Made by a program: the position numbers and the translations under genes. Positions 40,106 through 50,304 of a stretch of 64,000 bases of DNA are shown piece after piece. Numbering within the stretch: position 1 is the stretch's first letter; each line of letters opens with the position of its first letter. Source of the DNA: Calditrichia bacterium (GTDB lineage: Bacteria > Calditrichota > Calditrichia > JAJRVZ01); NCBI GenBank assembly GCA_963796965.1, contig CAWCNS010000006.1:64001-128000 (forward strand). Direction: 5' to 3'. The notes under the pieces are model-generated. The model saw only the letters and a program-made list of their open reading frames with translations. It did not search any database and was not told the DNA's origin.

Positions 40106-43100
40106 ATGAAAAAACTAAGCAAATTTTCGGTGAATTATCCCATTACAGTTTTAATGATGGTTTTGGCAATAATTCTATTGGGATATATTTCATTCAATGA
40201 ACTGGGTATCGATCTTTTGCCTGATTTAAATAATCCACAAATTTTTATTGAAATTAAGGCAGGTGAAAGACCTCCTGAGGAGATGGAGAATCTGTTTGTT
40301 GAAACAATTGAGGCCGTGGCTATAAGACAGAAAGGTGTTATACAGGTCTCGTCTGTCTCGAAAGTCGGGAATGCTCAGATTTCTGTTGAATACAGCTGGA
40401 ACACTGATATGGATGAGGCATTTCTCGATCTTCAAAAAAACCTTACCAATTTTGGGCAGAACTCACAGCTAGATGAACTCACCATGAGTCAACATGATCC
40501 GAACAGTGCTCCGGTGATGATCCTTGGACTTTCACATTCTGAAATTGAGGATATGGATGAATTGCGTCGCGTCGCTTTTAATTATCTGAGCAATGAACTA
40601 ACGCGATTAGAAGGAATAGCTGCAGTTGAAATTATTGGTGGAGAAGAAAAAGAAATTGTTATCAGTACAACACCTTATAAACTAAAAGCTCATGGACTTA
40701 CTCCCCAACAAGTCGCAGAAAGAATTCAAAGCTCAAATCGCACAATCTCGGGCGGCTCAATAGAAGAATCTGGTCTGAAGTATATTATAAAAGGGTTGGG
40801 AGAATTTCAATCTTTAGAAGATATTGGAAATGTCATTGTTGCCCAAAACCAAAAAGAAGACATTGTATTAGAGGAATCCCAGCAAACAGTTCCCGTTTAT
40901 TTAAAAAATATTGCTGATATTTATCACCAAAATAAAGACCCAGAAAACATTGTTCGTATCAACCAAAAACGATGTATCGCCCTAGCTATTTACAAAGAAA
41001 CAAAATTCAACACAGTCCGTGCTGTCGAGACATTAATCGAGAACCTAAACAACCTTCAACAAGCCTTACCCGGATATGAATTGATTATTATCCAGAACCA
41101 GGCAGAATTTATCACCACTGCAATTAATGAAGTTCAGGCGACAGCTTTATATGGCATACTTTTGGCGGTCATAATTTTATTTATCTTCCTGAGACGCATC
41201 GGTACAACTCTAATTATTAGCATTGCCATTCCCATATCAGTCGTTGCCACTTTTAATCTGATGTATTTTAACGATCTAACTTTAAATATTATGACCCTTG
41301 GCGGCCTGGCCTTAGGGGCTGGTATGCTGGTAGATAACGCCATTGTCGTTATGGAGAATATATTCAGAAATCTGGAAAAAGGTCTATCATTGAAGGAGGC
41401 ATCTATTGTGGGGACCGCTGAGGTTTCTGGAGCTATCACAGCCTCGACGATAACAACCATTGTTGTCTTCCTGCCTATCGTCTATTTACATGGTGCTGCT
41501 GGTGAACTTTTTAAAGATCAAGCCTGGACTGTTGCCTTTTCTCTTCTTTCCTCCTTACTTGTTGCTCTTCTCGTAATTCCAATGCTAAGTAATAAATTTT
41601 TGAAAGCAGTGCCATCTCGTGCACAAAAGACTGCAATTCGCTTCACATGGTATACGGATCTCTTAGAACAGATATTGGAAAGACGGAAGATTATTATCAT
41701 CATGGCGATGGGCCTGGTTGTTATTTCACTCATTCTGGTTCCAGTCATCGGCAGTGAATTTATACCCAGAACAGATGTAAATTCGTTTGAGATTAATATT
41801 GTGCTTGATAAGGGTTCTTCTCTTGATCATACCAATCGGGTTACCTCTCAGATTGAAGATATTATTATGAATACATCAGGATCAGAAGTGAAGATTTTGT
41901 ATACCCGCGTGGGGCCAGCAACTGAATCTCTGAATAGTCAATCTCAATCTTTTTTTGAAGATGAAAATACGGCTTTGATTCATGTGTTTCTTAAAGAGGA
42001 TAGAGAGCTATCGACTGACGAAATAATATCTTCTCTAAATAGCATATTTCAATCGCTTACAGATTATGAGATTCATTTTTCAAAAGAATTATCGTCATTA
42101 CAATCCATTCTTGGTACAGACCAGGATCCGGTTATTGTTGAAATAAAGGGTGACAATCTTGCACTGATCCGTTCGTTAGCAGATCTGGTAAAGATGCAAA
42201 TGGATTCTTTAAATGAAATATTTAATGTCGAATCCTCTTTTGACGATGGCAGACCTGAGGTAAACATTATCATTGACAGAATCAGATCCGGTGTACACAA
42301 TTTGGATCTTGGATCAATTGGTACACAGTTAAAAGATTATTTGCAGGGGAGAGAGGCCGGAAATTGGGAATCCGAAGGAGAAATTCGTGATATTACCCTG
42401 ACATTACCTGAGGCAAGCATTAAAGCTCTTAGCGAAGTTTATATCAATAATGGGGAAAATGATATTCGATTGGATGAGATTGCAACATTCGAAGAAACCA
42501 CTTCTCAAAATGAGATTAGCCGTCGAAATCAGTCTCGGATAGGAAAAGTTACAGCACAGATTAGAGTGGACATACCTCTGGATCATGTGACAGCATTAAT
42601 CAGAGAAAGAGTAGAAAAGATTCCTTTTCCTGATGGCTATCAGTATGCCATTACTGGTGAAGAAGAAATGCGGGCAAAGTCATTTGCAAATCTTAAATTT
42701 GCTTTGCTATTATCAATCATTCTCATTTATATGGTGATGGCTTCACAGTTTGAGTCGCTAATTCATCCCTTAACAATATTATTAACGATTCCACTTGCTG
42801 CAGTTGGTGCAATTACGATCTTCTTCATCCTTGGGATCCCGTTCAACGTTATGGCTTATATTGGAATTATTATGTTGATGGGTATCGCCGTGAATGACTC
42901 AATAATTCTGGTCGATGCCATCAACCAGTTAAAACGGCAAGGCTTGGAATTAAAAGAAGCCATATTGGAAGCGGGTGAGAGAAGAATTCGTCCAATTATC
43001 ATGACCAGTTTAACGACCATATTAGCTCTGCTTCCCTTGACCATTGGTTTTGGTGAAAGCGCTGCGCTTCGTGCACCAATGGCCCTTGCTGTTATCGGCG

Positions 43101-43189
43101 GCCTAGTTTCGTCTACTTTTTTAACCCTGGCAGTCATTCCATGTGTGTATTATGTGTTTGATAGTTTCAGGCTAAAGAAGGGGAATTAG
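40106..43189 (+). CDS. RND (AcrB/AcrD/AcrF family) permease
   Basis: 1027 aa; GMLVDNAIVVMEN, RIRPIIMTSLTT, PMALAVIGGL. Confidence 0.95.
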   Translation: MKKLSKFSVNYPITVLMMVLAIILLGYISFNELGIDLLPDLNNPQIFIEIKAGERPPEEMENLFVETIEAVAIRQKGVIQVSSVSKVGNAQISVEYSWNTDMDEAFLDLQKNLTNFGQNSQLDELTMSQHDPNSAPVMILGLSHSEIEDMDELRRVAFNYLSNELTRLEGIAAVEIIGGEEKEIVISTTPYKLKAHGLTPQQVAERIQSSNRTISGGSIEESGLKYIIKGLGEFQSLEDIGNVIVAQNQKEDIVLEESQQTVPVYLKNIADIYHQNKDPENIVRINQKRCIALAIYKETKFNTVRAVETLIENLNNLQQALPGYELIIIQNQAEFITTAINEVQATALYGILLAVIILFIFLRRIGTTLIISIAIPISVVATFNLMYFNDLTLNIMTLGGLALGAGMLVDNAIVVMENIFRNLEKGLSLKEASIVGTAEVSGAITASTITTIVVFLPIVYLHGAAGELFKDQAWTVAFSLLSSLLVALLVIPMLSNKFLKAVPSRAQKTAIRFTWYTDLLEQILERRKIIIIMAMGLVVISLILVPVIGSEFIPRTDVNSFEINIVLDKGSSLDHTNRVTSQIEDIIMNTSGSEVKILYTRVGPATESLNSQSQSFFEDENTALIHVFLKEDRELSTDEIISSLNSIFQSLTDYEIHFSKELSSLQSILGTDQDPVIVEIKGDNLALIRSLADLVKMQMDSLNEIFNVESSFDDGRPEVNIIIDRIRSGVHNLDLGSIGTQLKDYLQGREAGNWESEGEIRDITLTLPEASIKALSEVYINNGENDIRLDEIATFEETTSQNEISRRNQSRIGKVTAQIRVDIPLDHVTALIRERVEKIPFPDGYQYAITGEEEMRAKSFANLKFALLLSIILIYMVMASQFESLIHPLTILLTIPLAAVGAITIFFILGIPFNVMAYIGIIMLMGIAVNDSIILVDAINQLKRQGLELKEAILEAGERRIRPIIMTSLTTILALLPLTIGFGESAALRAPMALAVIGGLVSSTFLTLAVIPCVYYVFDSFRLKKGN

Positions 43190-43218
43190 AGTTATTAGGG
43201 ATTGGGAATTAGGAATTT
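43181..43218. repeat. Degenerate heptamer run (GGAATTA family)
   Basis: gggaattagagttattagggattgggaattaggaatt. Confidence 0.6.
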
Positions 43219-43308
43219 TTAAGATTAGATCTTCTTATCATGTCTAAAATGAATATAGTACAGATAATTGAAATTGACATTAATGCTTCAAATCAAAACG
43301 AATAAATA

Positions 43309-46300
43309 ATGCTAGAATTTGTCATTAAACGCCGGGTTTTTATAAGTATGTTATTCACAGCATTGACCTTGCTGGGATATATATCTTACAAAAATCTATC
43401 CGTGGAATTGCTTCCAAATGTTGAACTTCCATTTTTATTTGTTTCCGTTAATAGTATTCGCGAAGTCGACCCCCAGTATATGGAGAAAGAGGGGGTAATT
43501 CCTCTCGAAGGCGTTATTGGCACATTAGAGGGGATAGAAAAAATAGAATCATTTGTCAGCAGAAGAAATGCTCGTATCATTATTTATTATGAACCGGATG
43601 TAAACCTTAAATATGCTTATCTAAAATTAGTGGAGAAAATAGAGGCAGCAAAATCTACACTGCCCGAAGAATTTTTTGTACAAGTTGTAAAAGTTGATAC
43701 AGAACAGCTAACAAATATGTTTATGAATCTGCAAATCAGGGGGGGAGGAGGAAGTGATCGGATTCGGCATATATTTGATAAAGAAATACGTACGCGCTTC
43801 GAATCGATTGATGGTATTGCAAACGTGGAGGTTTTTGGAGGACAGGAAAAGTCGGTTGAAATACTGATCAATGAACAAGCCGCGAAGGCATACAATATTA
43901 CACCCGCTCAGATTCGATCTTTAATTCTTAACAATAACCAGAGTAAGATCTTTCTCGGATCATCGGAAGAACATCAAAAAAAAATCTTTATAAATTTTCT
44001 TGCAGAATATGCAGACATTCAAGATCTGGAAAATATTATTGTAGTACCCAATGTCCCGGTCTTTCTGAAAGATATTGCAGATATAAATTTCAATGTAAAA
44101 GAACAGACTTCTCTAAGTCGTGTAAATGGAAAAGAAGCTGTAACAGTACAGTTAATTCATGACGGTCGTGCTAATATAATTGACCTGGCTCATGCCACTT
44201 ATGAGATTATTGACAATATCAACGGCCAGCTGAAAGCCCAGGATATCGAAGTAGTTATTCAACAAAACAGTGCTGAGTATCTTGAAGATAATATTGATTT
44301 AATAACAAATCTGGCTCTAACCGGTGGTATTATTGCAGTATTAATCCTATGGTTTTTTCTGCGAAATTTGAAATTGGTTATTGTAATCGCTCTGGCTTTA
44401 CCCGTCTCTATTTTTACCTCTTTCAATCTTTTTTATGCTTTTGATATTACCTTAAATAGCCTCACGCTCGTTGGTATGGCCCTAGCTGTTGGAATGTTAC
44501 TTGACAATAGTATCGTCGTGTTAGAGAATATTTATCGTCTTATTCAAAACAATAAACCAGTAGATTTTGCCGTGGTTGAAGGCACAAGAGAAGTATGGCG
44601 CTCAATTTTTGCTGCTACGCTTACTACAACTACCGTATTTTTGCCTTTCATTTTTGCATCAAATTTTATGATCAGAACTTTGGGATATCACATCAGTGTC
44701 TCGATAATTTCAACCCTGCTGGTCTCATTAATCGTTGCCCTGCTTCTGATTCCCATGATTGCTTATAATTTTTTTAACAGGGAGCAATTAAATAATCTTC
44801 AGTTAAGTACTCTATCAAGTCAGAGTCGGGTTGTACAGATTTACACCGTTCTGCTAAAATCTACAATACGATTTCCACTAAGAACCATAATCTGGACAAT
44901 TGTTATCTTTTTTACCAGCGTGATTTTGACCCTCGCTATCAGTCTAACGGGGCAGGAGGAGACCGACTCCAATGATTTTAATCTATACGTTACTATGCCA
45001 GGTGGGTCTACTCTGGAAACTACTGATCTTGCGGTAAACGATCTTGAATCGCGTCTGGAAGATTTTGATGAGATTGAGGATGTCATCAGCCAAATTTATG
45101 AAGAAGAAGCGATCCTCACCTTAAAATTAAAAGAGGACTTCGAATCACTTAATGATCTTAGTATAATAGAAGTTAAAGAGAACATAGAAGACCGGGTTGA
45201 TGATTTTAGAGCAGCTGAAGTTAGTTTTGAACAACCCCAATCCAGTTCTCGTTATCAGGGTGGCAATCAAGGGCAGATGACAGGTTCATTTGAAAGATTA
45301 TTAGGGGTTGGTTCACAAACTGAATCAATAATTATTAAGGGCCGAGATTTTGAAATAATGCGACGTGTGGCCGACGATATTCAATACCAATTAGAAGAGC
45401 TTTCATCTGTTGAGCGTGTAAGAAGTAATGTAGGTAGAAATCGGCCTGAAATACATCTATTATTCAATAAGGATATCTTGAATAGCTGATAATGTATCAC
45501 TAATGGGAATTGCTTCTGAATTGTCAAATTTCGAGAAAGAAGTATCCGTTGGGGTGCGCTTTAAGCAAAATGATGAAGAATATGATATTTTAATACAAAA
45601 CGAAAATCTTGAAGAATCAACAATAGAGGATTTACGCGAGCTTCCAATTTCGTCTAGTACAGGAGGATATTATCCATTAGAGCAGGTAAGTCGAATTGTC
45701 TACGCAGAGGGTCAATCTAGTATTAACAGAGTCAATCAGGAAAAACAAATCGAAATATCTTACAATTTTACAAGTGAGGTTAGTGAATCGAATACATTTT
45801 TAAATTCTGCTAGACTTGAGATCAATCAGCTGATAAATAGTCTGGAGTTTCCTGCCAGCATTGCAATTGAAACGGTAGAGAGTGATGCAGATTTAAGTGA
45901 ATTCTATTTTCTGATTGGGATCGCTGCTCTTCTTATATATATGATCCTCGCTGCAGTATTTGAATCTTTGATCAACCCCTTAGTAATCATGTTTACTATA
46001 CCATTGGCGGCGATAGGGTCACTCTGGGCTATTATATTCACTGAGAATTCACTGTTAAACGCCAATACCTTAATTGGATTTCTAATTCTTTTAGGTATTG
46101 TTGTTAACAATGGTATAATATTAATAGATTTTACAAGAATTTTACGACAAAGAGGATTTCGCAGATCTCGCGCTCTTCTACTCTCCGGAAGAGCCCGCTT
46201 ACGACCAATTTTAATTACTGCTATTACAACAATTGTTGCCATGATGCCGCTTGCCATGGGCAAAGTGGAATATGTTACAAGTATCGCTGCACCATTTGCC

Positions 46301-48007
46301 ATAACTGTTATAGGAGGCCTTTCTCTAAGTACCATTTTTACCCTTCTGTTTATTCCCACTGTATATTCGGGTATCGAAAGCATGTTGGAATGGTTCCGCC
46401 GTCTTGACTGGCGCGTGCAAATTATACAAGGGATTCTTTTTCTCATCGGTTCTCTGATAATTTATTTTGAAATCTCAAGCGTCATCTGGCAATCTGCTAA
46501 CTTATTTGTCCTTCTCCTCATTATTCCTGGTAGTACCTATTTCGTTCAGAGCAGTCTTCGGAGCGCCCGTACCACAGTAATTTCTACCCAACAGGAAATC
46601 ACAATACATATCCGGAACCTTTTTAAAATCTACGATCAACCCGGCCGGTTCCGCCGAGAATGGCAAAAAGGAAAGAACATTGTTTCCAACCCTAAGGATA
46701 AATTTGATTCTTTAGGATGGGAATCATTATTGTCTTTGTCTTGGCACCCCCTGTTAATCAGTTTTTTGATATATTTCGTTTATTTTTATATCCAAAGCGA
46801 TGGTTGGGTTTTTCTTCTCTGCCACTTGGTTTATTTTCATAGTCTCCATTTTCTAAAAAGAATAGAAGAGATACAAACCACCCTACTTAAAGAAAACAAT
46901 ATCGTCAAAAAAGTTTTAGGAAGAGTTTATATGCTGATTCTTTGGGGGGGACCTGCACTTAATCTGGTTGTTTTCTACACCAGATGGAAAGAGCCTGTCA
47001 CAGTTTTACTTATTGCGTCAATGTGGTATTTTGCCCTGCTTGTTTATACGACCTCAAATCGTCTTTCACGCCAGCTCGTCAATGTCAACAAACTGAAAGG
47101 TCGCTTCTCCGGCATTAGAAAACGTTATTATAGACTAATTCAGGCAGTTCCAATCATCGGGAAAAAAACAAGACCGTTTAAAGCACTTAATGGTGTTTCC
47201 TTGGAGATTGGGAGCGGAATGTTTGGTCTCCTTGGACCCAATGGGGCCGGGAAGACCACCTTAATGCGTATTATTTGTGGTATTCTAGAACAGAGTTATG
47301 GCTCAGTATATTTTAATGATATTGATGCGAAAGAAAAGAGAGAAGAACTTCAGGGGTTAATCGGGTATCTTCCTCAGGATTTCGGGACTTATGAAAATAT
47401 GACCGCTTTTGAATTTCTCAGTTATCAGGCCATACTGAAAAATATCCTTAAAAATAAAGAACGGGAAAAACGTGTGCTCTATGTTTTATCTGCTGTTCAT
47501 ATGACTGATCATAAAGATGAAAAAATCGGATCATTCTCAGGTGGTATGAAACAACGCATTGGTATTGCGCAGACATTATTGCATTTACCCAGAATACTTG
47601 TTGTTGATGAGCCTACGGCCGGGTTGGATCCAAGGGAAAGAATCCGATTTAGAAATTTACTCGTTGAACTTGGCCGGGAAAGAATAGTAGTTTTTTCAAC
47701 CCATATTATTGAGGATATTGCCAGTTCATGCGATAAAGTAGCAGTTTTAGATAAAGGAAGTTTGAAATATTTTGGTGACCCTCCAGAAATGCTAAAAAAA
47801 GCAGAAGGACATGTTTGGCAATGTCTGGTTTATGCCGATGCATTTGAAAAATTGAGAACTAAACAAAATATCATCCATCATATAAAAATTGGAGATAAAA
47901 TACGAATCCGGCTATTATCTGAGAAAAAACCTCTGGATGAAGCGATTTCAGTTACACCTACGTTGGAGGATTCATACTTATGGTTACTTTCGGGGAATGG
48001 GAAATAG
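43309..48007 (+). CDS. RND permease fused to extra TM segments and a C-terminal ABC ATPase (about 1565 aa), frameshifted near 45488
   Basis: Removing one G in agctgataat gives ...KDILNSYNVSLMGIASE... and joins ORFs 43309..45489 and 45503..48007. RND motifs GMLLDNSIVVLEN and RLRPILITAITT; ABC motifs [24 protein letters not shown], STH. Confidence 0.88.
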
Positions 48008-48148
48008 AATTATAAATTAGGAATTGGACATTTGGAATTATGGCTTGAGGAAATCACAAGAATTATTGTGTTAAATTATGGTATCGACTCATTCACTATA
48101 TTGGTAAGATTCTAATTCCAAATTACTAATCACAAATTCCAAAATTAT
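48005..48148. repeat. Empty inverted heptamer cassette (GGAATTA/TAATTCC family)
   Basis: Left tagaattataaattaggaattggacatttggaatt; right ctaattccaaattactaatcacaaattcc. Confidence 0.65.
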
Positions 48149-48172
48149 TATAAAGGTTAACTGGTTCAGCTA

Positions 48173-48889
48173 ATGAGAAATAGATTATTAAACTCAATAT
48201 GGTTCATGACGCAACTAATCAGATATAATTTGAAAATTATTTTTGCCAATAAATTTATCTATTTTTTATTGGCCTCATTTGCGATTTTTATTTTAATTGC
48301 AACAATAAATCTATTTGATACCGACTGGTATCCCACTGAAAGCACCGTATATTATTTACTACTTTTTCCCGGTTTATTATTAATTTTTTATCCTAGCGCA
48401 TTTGGAATTCAGAATGATATAGATTCGCGTATGATTGAAATGCTCTTTGGTATCCCAAATTATCGCTACAAAGTCTGGTTAGTTAGATTAGTGATTATTT
48501 ATATAATGGTCATTTCCATGCTTATCTTTCTAAGTATTTTGAGCTCTCTGACTCTTGTACCGGTTTCGGTTCTTGAGATGTCCTTTCAATTAATGTTTCC
48601 CATATTTTTTCTGGGTGCTTTTGGGTTTATGTTTTCGACAATTATTCGCAATGGAAATGGGACTGCGGCTATACTGGTTATTTTAGGACTCATTGTATGG
48701 ATATCCAGTGGAATTTTTGGTCAGAGTGAATGGAATGTATTTCTTAATCCATTTCTGCTTCCTGAATCACTCTCCCCAGTCGTTTGGCTGGAAATGATAT
48801 TTTATAATCGTCTTTATCTAATGATAGGGTCTTTACTCGCAATCTTAACTGGTCTTTATAAATTGCAGATAAGAGAGAAGTTTATTTGA
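48173..48889 (+). CDS. ABC-2-type membrane permease (about 6 TM)
   Basis: Hydrophobic 238 aa; DIDSRMIEMLFGIP..RYKVWLVRL resembles the ABC-2 coupling segment. Confidence 0.7.
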   Translation: MRNRLLNSIWFMTQLIRYNLKIIFANKFIYFLLASFAIFILIATINLFDTDWYPTESTVYYLLLFPGLLLIFYPSAFGIQNDIDSRMIEMLFGIPNYRYKVWLVRLVIIYIMVISMLIFLSILSSLTLVPVSVLEMSFQLMFPIFFLGAFGFMFSTIIRNGNGTAAILVILGLIVWISSGIFGQSEWNVFLNPFLLPESLSPVVWLEMIFYNRLYLMIGSLLAILTGLYKLQIREKFI

Positions 48890-48994
48890 GTTGGAGAGAA
48901 AAGAGAGAAGAGGGTGGAAGTAATTAGATATTTATTTTCAAAAACCTAAGCTCTATTTAGGAAGAATGAAATTAATAAAGTATACCCTTAAACT

Positions 48995-49026
48995 AAAAAA
49001 TCCCCTCAGCTATGGGGCTGAGGGGA
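48995..49026 (-). terminator. Intrinsic terminator, minus strand
   Basis: 10-bp stem TCCCCTCAGC/GCTGAGGGGA with an A6 run on its left (U-tract on the minus strand). Confidence 0.8.
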
Positions 49027-49134
49027 ACCGGTGGATTGGGGTGTGTTTCGGTAAGTGATATATATAACCCTATATATCAGTTCAAATATTCCCATATTTC
49101 AATTTTATTTTTATTTTTTTCTTATCGCATTCTT

Positions 49135-50043
49135 TTACCAAGGTTTTTCACGCGTATACCAGTCGGCACTTACATCCATCCAAAAAAACAAACCAGCCCA
49201 CTTACCATAACTTTTATAGAATTTTTCTATTTTTTTGTCTTCACATTTTTTTCCCTTATTATGTTTATCTGCAAATTTTTGGCGGCTCCAGCTATCCGCA
49301 CCCAGATAATCATATCTTCCCAATAATTTTAACAGATTGCTTACCGCATAATCACCAAATCCCTTGATACCTCTTAATTGTTTATATAAATCAGTGGTAG
49401 ATATCTGATCACTTTCTAGGTCTGAGAGATTAATCTTACCTCTTACAATAGTTTGAGCAAAACTAAGCAAATAGGGAGCGCGATAGCCCATTTTTATTTT
49501 ATTCCTTAAATACGTCTCATCTTTAGAAGCGACAGTATCAACTTTAGGAAAAGCTCTGAATTCTACCCCGTTTATCTCCGTCTTTTTGCCCAGTTCCTGA
49601 ACCAGGTTTTCGGTCATAATTTGGGTCAAACGCCAGGTGCAATTGGTCGTGCAAAGCATTTTAACCATATCTTCCCACAAACTTGTACATCGAAGCATTC
49701 GGCCGGCCCGGTAATCGCACACCCAATTGAAATCCTTTGAGGTTTCTGCAATAGAATAAAAATCAGAATAGTCCTCATTCAATCGAAACATACGTTTTAG
49801 CCCAGATAAAATTTCTACTTCTTCCAGATCAGAAGGATCGTTCAACACATGGATTTCCAATATTCTGTCATTTGGAGATGAGATTTGAAGAGGAAATACG
49901 CACTCTGACTCAGTTTGTATAGTCAATATGATATGGAAAGGATTCTCACTTATACGAAAGGGTAATAGGTCTGCCCAGCCGTGACTGTAAATTGTGCTTT
50001 TAAAAGAAAATTTATCTGGTGTATTAAGAACTGGCTTGCCCAT
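49135..50043 (-). CDS. HhH-GPD DNA glycosylase (AlkA/Ogg-like)
   Basis: WEDMVKMLCTTN, MGYRA, HhH LRGIKGFGDYA, GRYD...D, YGKWAGL. Confidence 0.85.
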   Translation of the reverse strand: MGKPVLNTPDKFSFKSTIYSHGWADLLPFRISENPFHIILTIQTESECVFPLQISSPNDRILEIHVLNDPSDLEEVEILSGLKRMFRLNEDYSDFYSIAETSKDFNWVCDYRAGRMLRCTSLWEDMVKMLCTTNCTWRLTQIMTENLVQELGKKTEINGVEFRAFPKVDTVASKDETYLRNKIKMGYRAPYLLSFAQTIVRGKINLSDLESDQISTTDLYKQLRGIKGFGDYAVSNLLKLLGRYDYLGADSWSRQKFADKHNKGKKCEDKKIEKFYKSYGKWAGLFFWMDVSADWYTREKPW

Positions 50044-50240
50044 TACTTAAGAACCTCATTTCTTGGTTGCCTGTCTGAAAATAATAATACCGCGAATTAT
50101 AATATTTTCCAATTGTTTCAATAGAAAATATATTGAAAACGAAAGAAAAAAAATATAGTGCTCATAATTACATTCCGTGAAGATCCGTTTTATCTGTTTC
50201 ATCCGTATTCGGTTACCTGATTCTTCAAACCGAATTCACC

Positions 50241-50269
50241 TTGACATGATTTCCAGGGTTATGTAATTT
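50241..50269 (+). promoter_or_regulatory. Sigma-70 promoter of serA
   Basis: TTGACA-17 bp-TAATTT, with TG before the -10. Confidence 0.6.
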
Positions 50270-50304
50270 AATTCAGATTAATTTAAACCGCAGGGAGACT
50301 TAGT

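Noticed and set aside
45487..45489. TGA read-through or selenocysteine in RND2
   Set aside because: The downstream ORF is in a different frame; a one-base deletion, not read-through, restores the protein.
49012..49326. 104-aa plus-strand ORF
   Set aside because: It spans a terminator hairpin and the antisense of the glycosylase 3' end; no RBS or recognisable motifs.
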